From NCBI RefSeq assembly GCF_009914755.1, contig NC_060934.1: DNA of 64,000 nt. One strand, 5' to 3'. The stretch is from the human T2T-CHM13v2.0 reference genome, Homo sapiens. A model generated the notes under the pieces. It searched no databases and was not told the origin of the DNA. It was given only the letters and a program-made list of their open reading frames with translations. Both the position numbers and the translations under genes were made by a program. Position 1 is the stretch's first letter; every line of letters begins with the position of its first letter. Below, piece by piece: positions 13,541 through 26,589 of this stretch.

Positions 13541-13780
13541 GGTCCCAGGAGATATTCTAGGTATATCTAAAGGGATCATTGTTTTTCTTGGTGAGGCTAT
13601 TGGGAAATAGACATTTTTACATATTGCTAATGGAAGTACAAAATTGTGGAAAGCCTATTAAGTACATTAGGCAATATCTAACAAAATTATATACACATTT
13701 ACCTGTGTCTCAACAATCCCTCTTGTAGGAATCTACCTTGAAGAGATATGTCTACAAATGCAAAACATCCTATACCTAAA
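13541..13780 (+). repeat. 240-bp direct repeat, copy 2 (likely donor; continues into an old L1 3' end)
   Basis: Matches 12300-12539 and continues as L1M 3'-type sequence (gttattcatcatggcattctttgtaatagc). Confidence 0.95.
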
Positions 13781-13926
13781 GTTATTCATCATGGCATTCT
13801 TTGTAATAGCTACAGATGTAAGACAACACAGAGGTTCCTCAGCAAGATGCTGGTTGAAAACCTCCCAGTATACCCATCCAAAGAAGTATTATATAGCTGT
13901 AGAAATGAATGAGAAAGTCACCTATA

Positions 13927-13988
13927 CAGTTGGCCTTCTAGATCTGGATCTGTATCCATAGATAAAACCAACCATGGATTAAAAAAAA

Positions 13989-14026
<38 letters not shown>

Positions 14027-14265
14027 TTAAATTACATCCATTCTGAACACTTACAGACCTTTTCTTATAATTATTCTCTAAACTATACAGCATAACAACT
14101 ACTTACATAGCACTTACATTAGGCATTGTAAGTAATCATGGAAGAAAGTGTATAGGTTATATGTGAATACTAAGCTGTTTTATATCACAGACTTGAGCAC
14201 CCACAGACTTTGGTGTCCATGTGAGGTCCTGGAACTAATTCTCCATAGATATTGAGGGATGACTA
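13927..14265 (-). mobile_element. MER2 (TcMar-Tigger MITE) with internal (TA)n at ~13992-14022
   Basis: TIR-like ends cagttggcc / gagggatgacta flanked by TA; internal gacttgagcacccacagactttggtgtcc. Confidence 0.85.
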
Positions 14266-14864
14266 TATACTTATATCTAATAATCACCAGGATATATTTT
14301 TAAGTGATAAAAGCAAGATGCAGAACAGTGTATGTATGGTGCTAAAGTTGTAAAAGAAAGGTGGGGAAATAGGAAGCCATAACTGCAAAAAGAAACACTT
14401 TCAGAAGGAAAACGCAGAGGCTAATAAAAATAATCCCTGTATGAGAAATAGTGGAAGTCATGGGGAAGCGAGACTTCTTTAAGAGCATATAATTGGGCTT
14501 CTGAGCTGTCAATATTAAAAAACTGAAATTAAATCAATAGACAAAATCAAACCTTAAAATTGGAAATAAATGGAATCAAATAAACCCGGCATTGTATTAA
14601 AAGAGTAAAATAACCACACAGATATGACTTCAATTGACTTTTGAACTCAACACATGCGCTGTACACATTAGTGGGACATATTCTAGAGTCAAAATGCCAT
14701 TCTCCACTAAAGAGAAACCAGAGTTACTCTCAGAAAAAGATAATTTCATTCCAGGCCTGGGACAGGAAAAGTACCTCTCACTCTGTCAGAAAAACTATCA
14801 ATCAAACATTTAAAGTAAGGGAGCATGCTAAAAGGATACAGAAAAGGACTAAAAAGAAAATTTG

Positions 14865-15721
14865 AAACATCATTCTATTTATGGAGGAATCAAAAGGAAA
14901 ATATACTTAGGAATAAATTTAAGAAAATATATGCAAAACCTTTTCATTGAAAACTACAAAACATTGCTGGGAGAAATTAAAGAAGACCTAAAGAAATGGA
15001 GAGATAAACCTAGTTCAGCTAGGGAGATTTACTATTATTAAGATGTTACTTCTCTAGGACATAGTTTATAGAGTCAGTGTCATCCCTATCGAAATTCCAG
15101 CAGACCTGTTTTTTTTTAAATTTTTTTGAGAAAAAGCTGTTTATAAAATTTATATGGAAATGAGCTAGAATTACCAAAGCAATTTTTAAAAGAATAACAA
15201 AGTTGGAAAGTTAAAGTACATGATAGGGTACTTACTATAAAGTTACAGTTGTAAGAACAGTTTGACATTGGCAAAGGGATAGACACACAGATCAATGGAA
15301 ACCAATAGGGCCAGACGCAAACCCTCACCTGTGTGGTCTGTAGATTCCTGACAGTTACCAAGGCAATTTTGGGGGGAAAGGAAAATCTTTTCAGCAAATG
15401 GTGCTGTAACTATGGGATATCCGTATAGAAAAAAAATGAGCATCAACTCTACTCAGACCGCTTATGAAACTGAACTTGAAATGAGTCAGAGATTTAAATA
15501 TAAAATCTAAAACTTCTAGAAGAAAACACAGGGGGAGTTTTGTGGCCTTGGTTTAGGAAAATATTTCTTAGCTAGGTCACAAAAATTTAGAAATAAAGAA
15601 AATAAAGAAAAATGTTACAAATTGACCATTATCAAATTTAAAAATTTTTAGTATCTAAGACATTTCTAAGAAAACAACAAGTCAAATCATATAATGGGAG
15701 AAAATATTACTTACTGAATAC

Positions 15722-15754
<33 letters not shown>

Positions 15755-16750
15755 CGCAGTAAAGAAAAAGAGAATACAACTCTTTTGACAGATAGACATA
15801 TATATACACATTATAAAATATACATTATATATAATGTTACACATATTACATATATACATATATATATCTGTTAAATACAAGTATTTAAAATATATTCAGA
15901 ACTCTTAAAATTTAACAATAAAGACATAAATAAATCCTAAATAAAATGAGCAAAAGCTTTGAGCACATATTTTACCAAAGAAGATAAGGACTTGAAAAGA
16001 AACTTGGTAGGAATAGTCATCAGGGAAATGAGATGCCAGTACACACCTGTAGCATCGCTAAAATTCAAAACACTGAAAACCAAGTGCTGGAAAGGATGTG
16101 TAGCAACTGGAATGTCATATATTGCTGGTGGGAATATATATTTGTATAGCCACTTTGGAAAACTGTTGGGCTGTTTCCTAAAAAGTTAAACAAACTCTAT
16201 AACATAACCATTTTGAACGTAGGTATTTACCCAAGAGAAGTGAAAACATATATCCACATAAAACTTGTACACAAGTGTTCCTAGAAGATTTATTCGTAAT
16301 AGGCAAAAAGTGGAAAGCACCCAAGTACCCATCCATGGACAAATGGATGAACCAACTGTGACATATCTATACAATGTAATACCACAGAGCAATAAAAAGG
16401 AATAAACCATTGTTACATGGAACAATATGGTGAATCTCAAAAGCATTACATGCAGCGAAAGAAACCAGACACAAAAGAATATTACTATATTACTCAATGT
16501 ATAAAAAGTTCAAGAAAAATCAAACAAATCCATGCTACAGAAACGAGATCAGTGGTTGCCTGGGGGCAGAGGAGGGAGGAGAAATGGATTTCAAAGGAAC
16601 AGAAGGAAAAGTTTGCTCCTGATGGAAATATTCTATATCTTGATTATGGCAGTGGCTTTATAGGTAGATACATCTGCTAAATCTCATCACATTGTGCACT
16701 TACAATGGATGCATTTTATCATACATGTATTACACCTCAATAAAACTGAG
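14865..16750 (+). mobile_element. L1M (L1MB/L1ME-like) ORF2 C-terminal part and 3'UTR
   Basis: aaatatacttaggaataaattt, gaaaactacaaaacattgctg, CWKGC knuckle remnant in ORF 15959..16189, ends cctcaataaaa. Confidence 0.85.
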
Positions 16751-16759
16751 AGAAAATAA

Positions 16760-17345
16760 TGACACAAGAATCAGCCTCAAGGAACTCCCACTGGCCAAAT
16801 TTGAGATAATATAAGCATAAAAAATGATTCAGTTGGTAGTAAAACATGGACTATATATACATATTTTAAACTGAACCATAATCTGACTAGGCCTCTAGCC
16901 CTAACCATACCTTTTCAGGGAATACAATGGACACAGGAAATATTAAACTATGAAATGGGGATGCAGTCATCACAATCTAGACTGAGGGAAGGTCTGCAGG
17001 GCAAATGATTCTGTTTCTTCAACAAATAAGTTGCATAGAAGAGAGAGAGAGACTTATGAATTAAGAGATTTATCAATGAACTGCTATCTATGGTCCCTCC
17101 ACAAATCTTGATTCAAACAAAAAACTTTAAAATAATTATGAACCAATTAATAAATTCAAACTTTGGATATTTGATATTAAGGAATTATTATTAATTTTTA
17201 AAAGATGATAATGGTACTGTGGTCATATATTTTAAGGAGATAGTTTAGTTTTTAGTGACACATGCTGGCATTTTTATGGATACAAGGATATGTTTAGGAT
17301 TCGTTTCAGAAGGCTCCATGGGGGACGTGGGTGGTTGAAACAAGT
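16760..17345 (+). mobile_element. Old L1MC/L1MD 3'UTR fragment
   Basis: ttcttcaacaaataa...tcttgattcaaacaa...tggatatttgatattaaggaattatt. Confidence 0.6.
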
Positions 17346-17384
17346 CTTGGCTGAAAGCTATCCATATCTTAATGCACCTGCTCC

Positions 17385-17490
17385 TCACAACACACTGGTG
17401 AGGTGGACCTGATGGGTGTACTCATCTTACAGATGACAAGCTAAGAGAAGTTAGGGAACTTGCCCAAGGTCACCCAAAGCCCACAGTGAT
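17385..17490 (-). mobile_element. MIR
   Basis: ttacagatgacaagct...ttagggaacttgcccaaggtcac. Confidence 0.7.
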
Positions 17491-17494
17491 TTCC

Positions 17495-18607
17495 AAGCCC
17501 ATGCTGTGGGAATTCTGCCAGCTGTTGGGTGTCTCAGTCTCAATTATGTATTCTTGAACTGGAGACACGAGCACAGGATGGGTTTGAGGACCCAATGGGT
17601 CCCCTTTGAGACAAATCTGAGCTAAAACTCCATCAATCACCTGCCCTCCATGAGCCCCTACTCTGACTGGTGGGCCACAGTGACTTTTTGGATCTCCTGG
17701 AATTAATGTCAGTTCAGAACCCGTGTCCGGCAGCCTCTGATAAACCTGTCTATTTCCTCTTCCCCAATGCACAGCTACCCTGGTAAAAGGCCAAAGTTGA
17801 ACAGTATCAGTTTTTGGCAGTGTACCTGGGTCCTTCCTCCAAGGGACACAGCCTCCTTTTTATTCAAGGGGTTTTGGGTCTGTAAACTGGCTCAAGTCTG
17901 GGGATTAATTGAGGGGCCATGACTCTGTTTTTTATGATTTGAATTAGACTTTTATTCACTTGACCTAGAACTTTTCTGTTTATACAGATCAAGTAGGAAT
18001 TTAGTAGGCTTCCTATATCTATTTCATTTAGGATCACCATGGTGGATCAATTTGCCAATGCCAAAGGTCTGCTCTAGTCAGACTGCTGTATTCTGACTGC
18101 TGCTGGAATGCTGCTATCCCCTATAGTCACTACGCCCACCTGCCTTTTGGGGTTGAGTGCTCCTGCCACCCAGGATCCAATTACTCCCTTGTGTGAGTTT
18201 CCCAGCTCAGTGACTGCAGTTTCTGCTGTGAGGTCTGGCCTGCAGAGAAGAGCGATCACAGAGCTCTGCAAAGATGCCAGGGCTCCCCTCACAAATTTAT
18301 TTCTTATACTTGTGGTGAGAGGTGTGTTTTCTGGATCCTCCCGGTGTGAATAGAACTTAAGTGACAAGTCCATGCTAGTATTCCAGTCTCTCTAAGCCTT
18401 TGAATTCCTTCCTCCACACTAACTCAAGACAGCTCCTGCACTTCTAACTCACTCACTGTGGGCCGGTTCTGGTCCACACTTCAGCCAACCAAGCAAACAA
18501 ACTTTTAGAGCCTCTTCTACTTCCCTGAACTGCAACATGAAATGCAGAATCTGTGTTCAGTAACCTCATGTCAATAAATTTGGATCAACTTCATCCTCCT
18601 TCCACAT
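17495..18607 (-). mobile_element. ERVL (HERV-L-like) internal fragment: gag and protease pseudogene
   Basis: ORF 17470..17772 PDTGSELTLIPGDPKSHCGPPVRVGAHGGQVIDGVLAQ has the retropepsin DTG motif; ORF 18074..18373 TPLTTSIRNKFVRGALASLQSSVIALLCRPDLT is ERVL gag-like. Confidence 0.88.
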
Positions 18608-19474
18608 CTGTGCAGCACTGTCCCTTACCTTCTTTGCTTAGGCAGCTGGTGGGAAAGTCAGGAAAGAAGCAAACACCGCTCTATAGAACAGTGGGGCCAA
18701 GGAAAGGAAGCCAACTCCTTCTCAAACTGCATCTGCACTGGATTATTCTAAAAAATGAGGAACTGGTTTGGAGAGGGATGCACCCGCTCATAGGTGAGTT
18801 TGTGTGCTGCGCAGGCAGCTGGACTGCTGCAACACTGCAAAGGAATACAGCCGGGAGAATCTATGTCCTCTTCTGACTACAGGAGTTGGTGCTCCGTTCC
18901 CCTTCCTCTTCCTCAATAGATCTGGGAACAGTGAGAAAATCCACAAGCTGACCATTCAGTAGGGGGCAGCCTTGAGACAGAAAACAAGCCAGAGCTCCCT
19001 ACTCAGCCCTGCGGGTTTGGGAAGGGTTCCCTTGGAGGGGAGAAGGGAGGCTCACACCTGAATTACCAGGAGGCCACCCCGATACCCTTCTAGAAGCTTC
19101 CTGTCTCCAGCATATTAGATAGTAAGTCCCTCAAGGACAGCAACCATGGTTGCTAGCAGATAATTAATAAAAGTATACTAAATGAATGGGCTCCATTTAG
19201 CACCATTAAAATAAGGGGACACTTATATTTTCTTCTGCTGGTGAGGGTGAGGTGCCATGAGCATACTCATGCATTGTTTTAATTTTAAATGTTCATACTC
19301 CTTGACTCTATAATTCTACTTGAAATTTAGCCCAAAGTAACAATTCTAAATATGGATGAGGGGGAGAGAGGAAGAGAACCTGTGTCCATAAAGATATACA
19401 ATACAGCATTATTCATAATTTAGAAAAACTAAAAATAATTTATAGGCTGAGCAGTGTGGGGAGAATTGAATAAA

Positions 19475-19786
<312 letters not shown>

Positions 19787-21419
19787 TAAACTCTTATGCA
19801 ATCCTGAAAACTTATAATTAAGAGTGTGTGTGTTTGTTTGATTGTTGGTTTGTTTTAATCTAGGCAACAAGGGAAAGAAGTGAGAGAAATATTCCAAAGT
19901 TGGGTTAGGTCTTTTGTTAGGGTCATATGACTTTGGGTGGTTTTCAGTATTTTCAATTTTTAATTAAATATGCTTATATTACTTTTATTTTGAAAAATAT
20001 GTAGTATGTTTAGGAAAGGAGAGAGAGAGAGAGAGAATAGAAAACTGACCTATATCAAACCAAAACCCATCATTTTCTCTGATATTTTAGAAATTTATAG
20101 GACACAGCGTCAAGTGAGACAAGTACGACCCAAGTGGATTGACTGCACTTCACATTTTTAGAAGCTTTTGTTTTATATAACCTTTCTTTGGGGCATGGGA
20201 ATGCTCACCTTGTCAAAAAATGTCCCACTTTTTTTTTTCAGGCTGTTCTATTCATTCCATGCTAAATTGCTTGCTGTATTAAATGCTTAAGGGACTATAT
20301 TTTAGTACCACTTAAAGAGTGTTAAATAATCCTCATATTTATTTCCTTTCCTTACTGAATGCCTTTAAAAAAGTGTTTGAAATATGAGGTTGGGGAGTTT
20401 ATGCATAAAAATAATTATAATAACACTTAGAAGCTCTTATTCTAGAAGCAAAAGCAGCCCTTAGCAGGCTCCTGAGATACCTGAGTTCGGAACCTGTTGT
20501 TTTCTTCCTCGGGATGTTAGCACACTGGGAATCACTGGTGTGGGATGCTGTCAAATGCACACCCCATTGAGGCTTTAGGACCTGGAGGATGTGCTTTATC
20601 TTCATGATGGGAATGTCCCATGTTACATGACTGGGTATGACTGTTGTGGAGCTGGTTCTAACAATCTAATCCAATGTGCTCATATGGAATGTTTGGTCTG
20701 CTCGTTTTGTTAAGAATAATTGTTTTCACTGAAACAATGTATCACTTACAAACATACAAAATAAGCAATTTGAAATTTACTAAATACAATTTATTTTATG
20801 GTCAACTGACAGGTTTAAAGTACCATGAACTGTCTACTGTTTATCTGAATTTTTTAAAACTAGATGATAAACTCAAAAATATTTGAGAAAAATGGAGACA
20901 TTTAAAAGGATATTTTTGGTTGTTTTTAAGCTTTTACCAAAAATCAGTCTCTCTCTTTCTCTCTCTCTGTGTGCATTATATAATACATTACAGCCTAATA
21001 AATGAACCCTGTGAAAAATATACTTCTCTAGATATAAATCTACCTTACAGTAGATAGAAACGTTACTTTCAAATGTAAACCCTGGAAATAAATAACTCTG
21101 AATCACAGAGACAGAATACTTACAAAACCTTTACATGAAATATGCACATATGAGGGAATATCCATTTTACACCAGTTGTAAACACTGATCTCTGATTCTT
21201 CTTTTGGTAACCTGAAAATATGGCTATTGTTTAAAACTGCAGCTTTGAATCTCAATTTTGTTTAGGGGCAAGTACATAGAACATGGCAAAATATATTATA
21301 ATGGATACTAAGTTTGCACATCAAGTCATAAACTCTGGCATCTTATATTTGAAGCTAAATCTGCCCTTTTTTCATACATTTTTTGGTTGTTGTTTACATA
21401 CAGTTTTTAAAAAAAATAT

Positions 21420-21785
21420 TGTATTAGTCGGTTCTCAGGCTGCTAATAGACACATACTTCGGTTTTTTATAAACTGGGTAATTTATAAAGGAAAGAGGTT
21501 TAATGGACTCACAGTTCCACATGCCTGGGGAGGCCTCACAATCATGGCTGAAGAGCAAGGGATTCTTACGTAGTGGGAGGCAAGAGAGAATGAGAGCCAA
21601 GTGAAGGGAAACCCCTTATAAAACCATCAGATCTCATGAGACTTATTCACTACCAAGAGAACAGTATGGGGGAACTGCCCCCATGATTCAATTATCTCCT
21701 GTGGGGTTCCTCCCACAACACTTGGGAATTATGGGAGCTCCAATTCAAGATGAGATTTGGTTGGGGACACAGTCAAACCATATCA
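21420..21785 (-). mobile_element. THE1 (B/C-like) solo LTR
   Basis: tgtattagtc...ggggacacagtcaaaccatatca; TSD aatat/aagat. Confidence 0.93.
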
Positions 21786-22121
21786 AAGATTTTAAGACCA
21801 AAGGATTCAAGTGGCCATGGCTAACATCATCTAGTTAATTGCTTCCAATATTTACAAAGGACCACGTGGGCCCCTTTGCTGCATGCTGGGGTGAGGAAGG
21901 GATGCAGTGTGAGTGAGATGTGAGATACAGTTTCAGCTTTCTGGATTCAGCACCTCTCATCTCCTTTCTGTCTGACTTTTACTATTCACTTAGCACATGT
22001 TTTCTGAGCTCTTGCATGGATCACACCCTGTTGTCACATTGGAGTCATAAAAGTGAGTGAAACAACAATGCCACCCTCTGTTTCTTAGCTTTTGTTAATT
22101 GAGTCTACCTGTGCTCACTTG

Positions 22122-22272
22122 CAGAGTTTCAGTTTTGTAAGATGAAAAAATTCTGGAAATCTATTATACAACAATGGGAATATACTTAACACTATTGAAT
22201 TATACACTCAAAAATAGTTAAGATGGTCAGTTTTATGTTATGTGGGGTTTGTTTAACCACAATTTAAAAAAT
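22122..22272 (+). mobile_element. L1MA/L1MB extreme 3' end
   Basis: cagagtttcagttttgtaagatgaaaaaattctgg...gttaagatggt...taaccacaatttaaaaa. Confidence 0.8.
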
Positions 22273-22309
22273 ACTAGAAAAATATTGAATTAAAAAATAT
22301 ATATTTATT

Positions 22310-22790
22310 CTTTTGACACCCCCCCTAATTTAAATGCTGGAGTCTAATTTTTCTCTCCTTGAATGTGGACCAAACTTCATGCCTCACATTTACTAAGTAG
22401 AATGTGGTGGAAGTGATACTATGTAATTTTCAAGGATAGGTCATTGTGAATATGCCTTCTGCCTGGCTTTCTTGCTCTTAGATCCCTTGTTCTGAGGGAA
22501 GACAGAGGCCATGCTGTGAAGGCACTCAGCAGCCCTGTGGAGAGGCCCATGGGGAAAGGACTGAGGCCTCCCACCAACAGCCAGCACCAGATTGCTGCCC
22601 ATGGGAGCACACCTCCTCCAGCCCTGGTCAGGCCGTCAGATGACTGCGGTCCCAGCCAACCTCTAACTGAATCACATGGAAGATCCCAAGTCAGAAGAGT
22701 CCACAGATTCACTCCTGGATTCCTTACTCATAGAAGTCATAAGCCATTGAGTTTTGAGGTGGCTTTTTATGCAGCAGCACATAGTCTACA
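22310..22790 (+). mobile_element. MLT1 (F/G/H-like) LTR
   Basis: cagccctgtggagaggcccatggg...actgaggcctcccaccaacagccagcacc...cagatgactgc. Confidence 0.75.
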
Positions 22791-22951
22791 TCAGGCAGGG
22801 GAAAGTGCAAGTTGCTTGCAGGGGAAAATCAGGGCCATTGTCATTGACTGGGCCTAGAGTTCAAGTCCTTTTTCTGACACCTGCCATCCTCATTCCCATT
22901 TCAAACTTTACAATTCCCCTTTGAAAAATGAGCAGATTGCCATCTATTTTT

Positions 22952-23036
22952 GTCTTGAACTCCTGGCCTTAAGAGATTCTCCCACCTTGGCCACCCAAAG
23001 TGCTGGGATTACAGGCATGAGCCACTGCACCTTGCC
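22952..23036 (-). mobile_element. Alu left-arm fragment within a MIR
   Basis: gtcttgaactcctggcc...gggattacaggcatgagccactgcacc. Confidence 0.85.
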
Positions 23037-23442
23037 ATTTATTTTGTAAAGTTGATGTTAACGTTAAACAGAATGGTGAATGTCAAGTACAGAGTGCATA
23101 GTAGGAGCTCAGCAAATGGTAGCTTTTATTATTTGAGTTCATAGGACACATCAAAGATGGGAGATCATATTTGTCTCATCCCAAAGTTAGTGTAGTTCTT
23201 TTGTAGTCTAATGTAGTCCAATGTAGTCTAAACCCAGATCTCTTCTTCAGTTAGTGGAGCCCAAGAATATTAAAGCTAGAAGGGATCCTGGAGCTCGATC
23301 TGTCCAATGCCTTCATTTAGCAAATGTCTACACTAAGACCTGGGCTGGTTACAACAGTTTACCCAACATTCACACCAGGCCAGGCAAGACTAAGACCTGG
23401 ATGGCTGACTTGTAGCCTAGTGCACTGTGCATTGCATACTGA

Positions 23443-23450
23443 TGACGTCA
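23443..23450. promoter_or_regulatory. Full palindromic CRE (TGACGTCA)
   Basis: Exact motif with the CpG retained; function unproven. Confidence 0.3.
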
Positions 23451-24199
23451 AAGGCCTCGTTTTGTGTTAGGCTGATCTGCCAGTCATATTCTCTGTGGCT
23501 GGAGTGCCTTCATTAACTCTGACAGAGAGGCTGTTAATTAGTCCCAGAAGCCACGCCCTGCTCAGCACCTCCAAGAGCCGCACTCTGCATGGAGGTGCTG
23601 GGACTGAGCCCATACACAGCTTCCCAGTCAACACAGTGTGGCCAGAAATCAAATGAGCCAAGGGAAAACGGACAATCAGTCTAGTCTCTGCAGGGCCAGC
23701 CTTGTAATCATATTACTATGTAGATGCCTCTGAAGACTGATAGACTTATCACCTCACCTGCTTCCCTCTACCACTCCTCTCCTCAGCACTGTAGCCTGGA
23801 CAAACGTGAAGATAATTCACATATTGAAAGGTAAAATCAAGTATCAATACACTTGGCCAACTTCCCAGAAGCTCTTCTTGAATGTTCTGGTTAAAAAGCT
23901 AAACTTTGATCAAAAGCACTAAGAAAGAGTGTTTTGTAGACACTTTTAAAGAAATCAGAAAATTTAATTAACTTAATCATTTCTAAATCCAAGTTCAACT
24001 CAACGAAAGAATTTTTGAAATTTAGTGTCTTCTAGATTTTTATTTCTGAAGGAATTGAATATGATTTCTTTTCTCTTTTTCTTCCTCCCTCCCTTCATCT
24101 GTTCCTTCCTTTCTTCCTTTCCTTCTTTTTTTTTGTTTCTTAACATTTAGATCTCAATAATATTTATCTGGTTATTTATTTTACCTTGTTATTTATTCA

Positions 24200-25100
24200 C
24201 CCATATTTCCCACAAGGTTCATGACATGCTCCTGAATTTATTTATCTTCTTACTGGATGACATCCATCAAGAGTGTTTTTAAAGAAAATCTTTGAGAAAT
24301 AAGCTTTCTCAGCTTTCTATGTCTTAGAATATATTTACAGTGTCCTCGCAGTTATATAACTTATAACTTAGCTGCCTATGAAGTAAGTTCTTGTTTCCAA
24401 GACTGCTGATGGGAAATTGAGTGTCAATCTGATCCTTGTTAGCCTGAGGGCCATGAGCTCTTTCTACACAGAAGCTCTTAGGTTTTTAAATTTGTCTTTG
24501 ATGGTCTTAAATTGCATGTGTGTGGGATTTGTTCTTATTCATAAAGTCTAGATTCTATCAGCCTTTGCAATCTGAGATCTTTAAGTTTTTGCTTCTGCAA
24601 AATTTTTACTCATTTCAAAATACATATTTTCTTTCTGTTTTTCTCTTTTTTTTCTGGGACATCATATATATATATATGCCCTCTTTTCATCATATATATG
24701 CTCTTTTTACATATATATCTACACTATTCTTTGCATCTTAATTTTTCTATTGTATTTTTTCATCTTTTTATTATTTCCTGATGCCTTGGGGAATTTTCTC
24801 AATTTGAATTTCTAGATCACTGATCTATTATTTGACTGCACCCACTCTTTCATTTATTCTTGTGTTTTCTTATTCATTTCAACTATTACATTTTCTACAA
24901 AGAGTATTTCCATTTAGTTCTTCTTGCTCCTGCTTCATGTTACCAATATCCTCTTCAACTCTTGTTGCATTTATTTTAAAGTCTTGATCGCTCTGCCCCA
25001 TTTGTTCTTGTTCGTCCAGTACATGTTGTTCAGTTTTTCTTTTCTCTTTAATTTGATGGTATCCTCAGGCATTTGGTTAACTTTGCCTTTGGAATCATTT
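24200..25100 (-). mobile_element. Decayed L1M ORF1-like fragment
   Basis: T-rich antisense L1-type sequence (gctgatgggaaattgagtgtcaatctgat). Confidence 0.5.
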
Positions 25101-26007
25101 CCCCCTTGGGAATATCAGCTTTTAAAAGAGGTAATATTTATCCTGGAGTATGAGGCCAAGATTATAGCTTGCCCTGCTGCTGGTGAGTTAAAGAAGGGAG
25201 GAAACTAGTCCCTAGTCTACCCAGGGACTAGAGCCCATGAAGACACAACCCGAACTTGATGCCCTATTTGCTGTTCCTTTATAGGGGACTCTAACACTCA
25301 TGGCCTCTCTTTGCCTCCAGCCCATTTCTACTCTCTTTAGAGAGACATTCCTTCTTCATTTTAATCACCCAGTGTGCAAAGGGTGAAGGGCCATCCGGAA
25401 TGCCCCTGCCTCCGGCAGGAGGGCTCCTGCTATTCCAATATCAGTCTCTCACCCTTGACCCTGTAGTGCTAGGTTGTCACTGCTGTTTTTCTGTCTCACA
25501 CTGGTGATGGGGAAGACAATGACCAACCTAGGGCAGTGCAGCAAAGAGAAAATAGCACAACTAACCAGCTCTTGCCCCATTTAGCTCCCCCCTTCCTCCC
25601 AGCCCACTACCTGCTCCTCCTCAGCCTCATTGCTGTTTTCTCCCCACAACAGGCCACAACTCCATCTGGTCTCTGGGGGTCCTCATGGGCTTTTTTTCCC
25701 TTCTCCAAAGCCATAGAGATTAGTCCTCCTTTCTTAGCCTCTTTAATTCTGGATGGGGAAGGGAGCTAGTAATCCACACTAACTCTCTTATGTTTTTCTA
25801 ATGGTGAATGGTCATAAAATAATATTAGCTAAGTCTCTCTTCAAGCTTTTATTCTCAAGATAAGCTATTCATTCAAGTAAAGCCTTCTTCATTGATTAGA
25901 GTGAATGCATTGATTGAGCTGCAGTCTGTCAAAAATTCCAACATTCTTCCTGAACGTCAGTCCCTGCTTTTATTTACCAAGGAATATGCCTGAACCATTC
26001 ACAATGT

Positions 26008-26290
26008 ATTCATTCAATCAACAAATATTTATTGAGCATCTACTAAGTGGCAGAAACTGTTTTGCTGTTTGGAATACCTTAGTGAGCCCAAAAGTCAAAG
26101 TCCCTGATGTTGTGGAGCTTAAAATGAACTATAAATATAATGAGTAAATTGAAGTATGTTAGAAGATGCTAAGTACTATTTTTTTAAGTAGAAGAGAGGA
26201 AGGGGTGGTGAGAGGTGTGGATTGCAATTTTAATTGTGACAGACTTATTCTCAGTAAGAAGGTGACTCTTGAGCTAAGACTGAAAGGAAC
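26008..26290 (-). mobile_element. L2 3' end
   Basis: tcattcaatcaacaaatatttattgagcatctact...gtccctgatgttgtggagctt. Confidence 0.8.
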
Positions 26291-26589
26291 AATAAAGAGT
26301 GGAAGGAAACACTGGCTCCTACTCAATGTTAAGGTCAACAAAGAGCTTCTAGAGTTACAAAGAAAGCAAAGAGACAAGCAGGAAGCAAAATGACCAGCCC
26401 CTCAGTGCTGACTTTGCAACTGCGGCCATGAAGGTCCCACACTCCTCCTCTCTTTGTCAAAATCTTCTGATGGAAATGAGTAGAATGAAGACTGGTCAGA
26501 GGAACTGAAAGTCAAGATGGAAACAGACTTTTTAAAAGAGAACACTAAGGTGTTCTAAGACATCAAGTCTTGGACTGAGGTCATTTAGG

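Noticed and set aside
25205-25231. 9-bp inverted repeat ctagtccct...agggactag
   Set aside because: Short hairpins like this are expected by chance; no RNA-gene context
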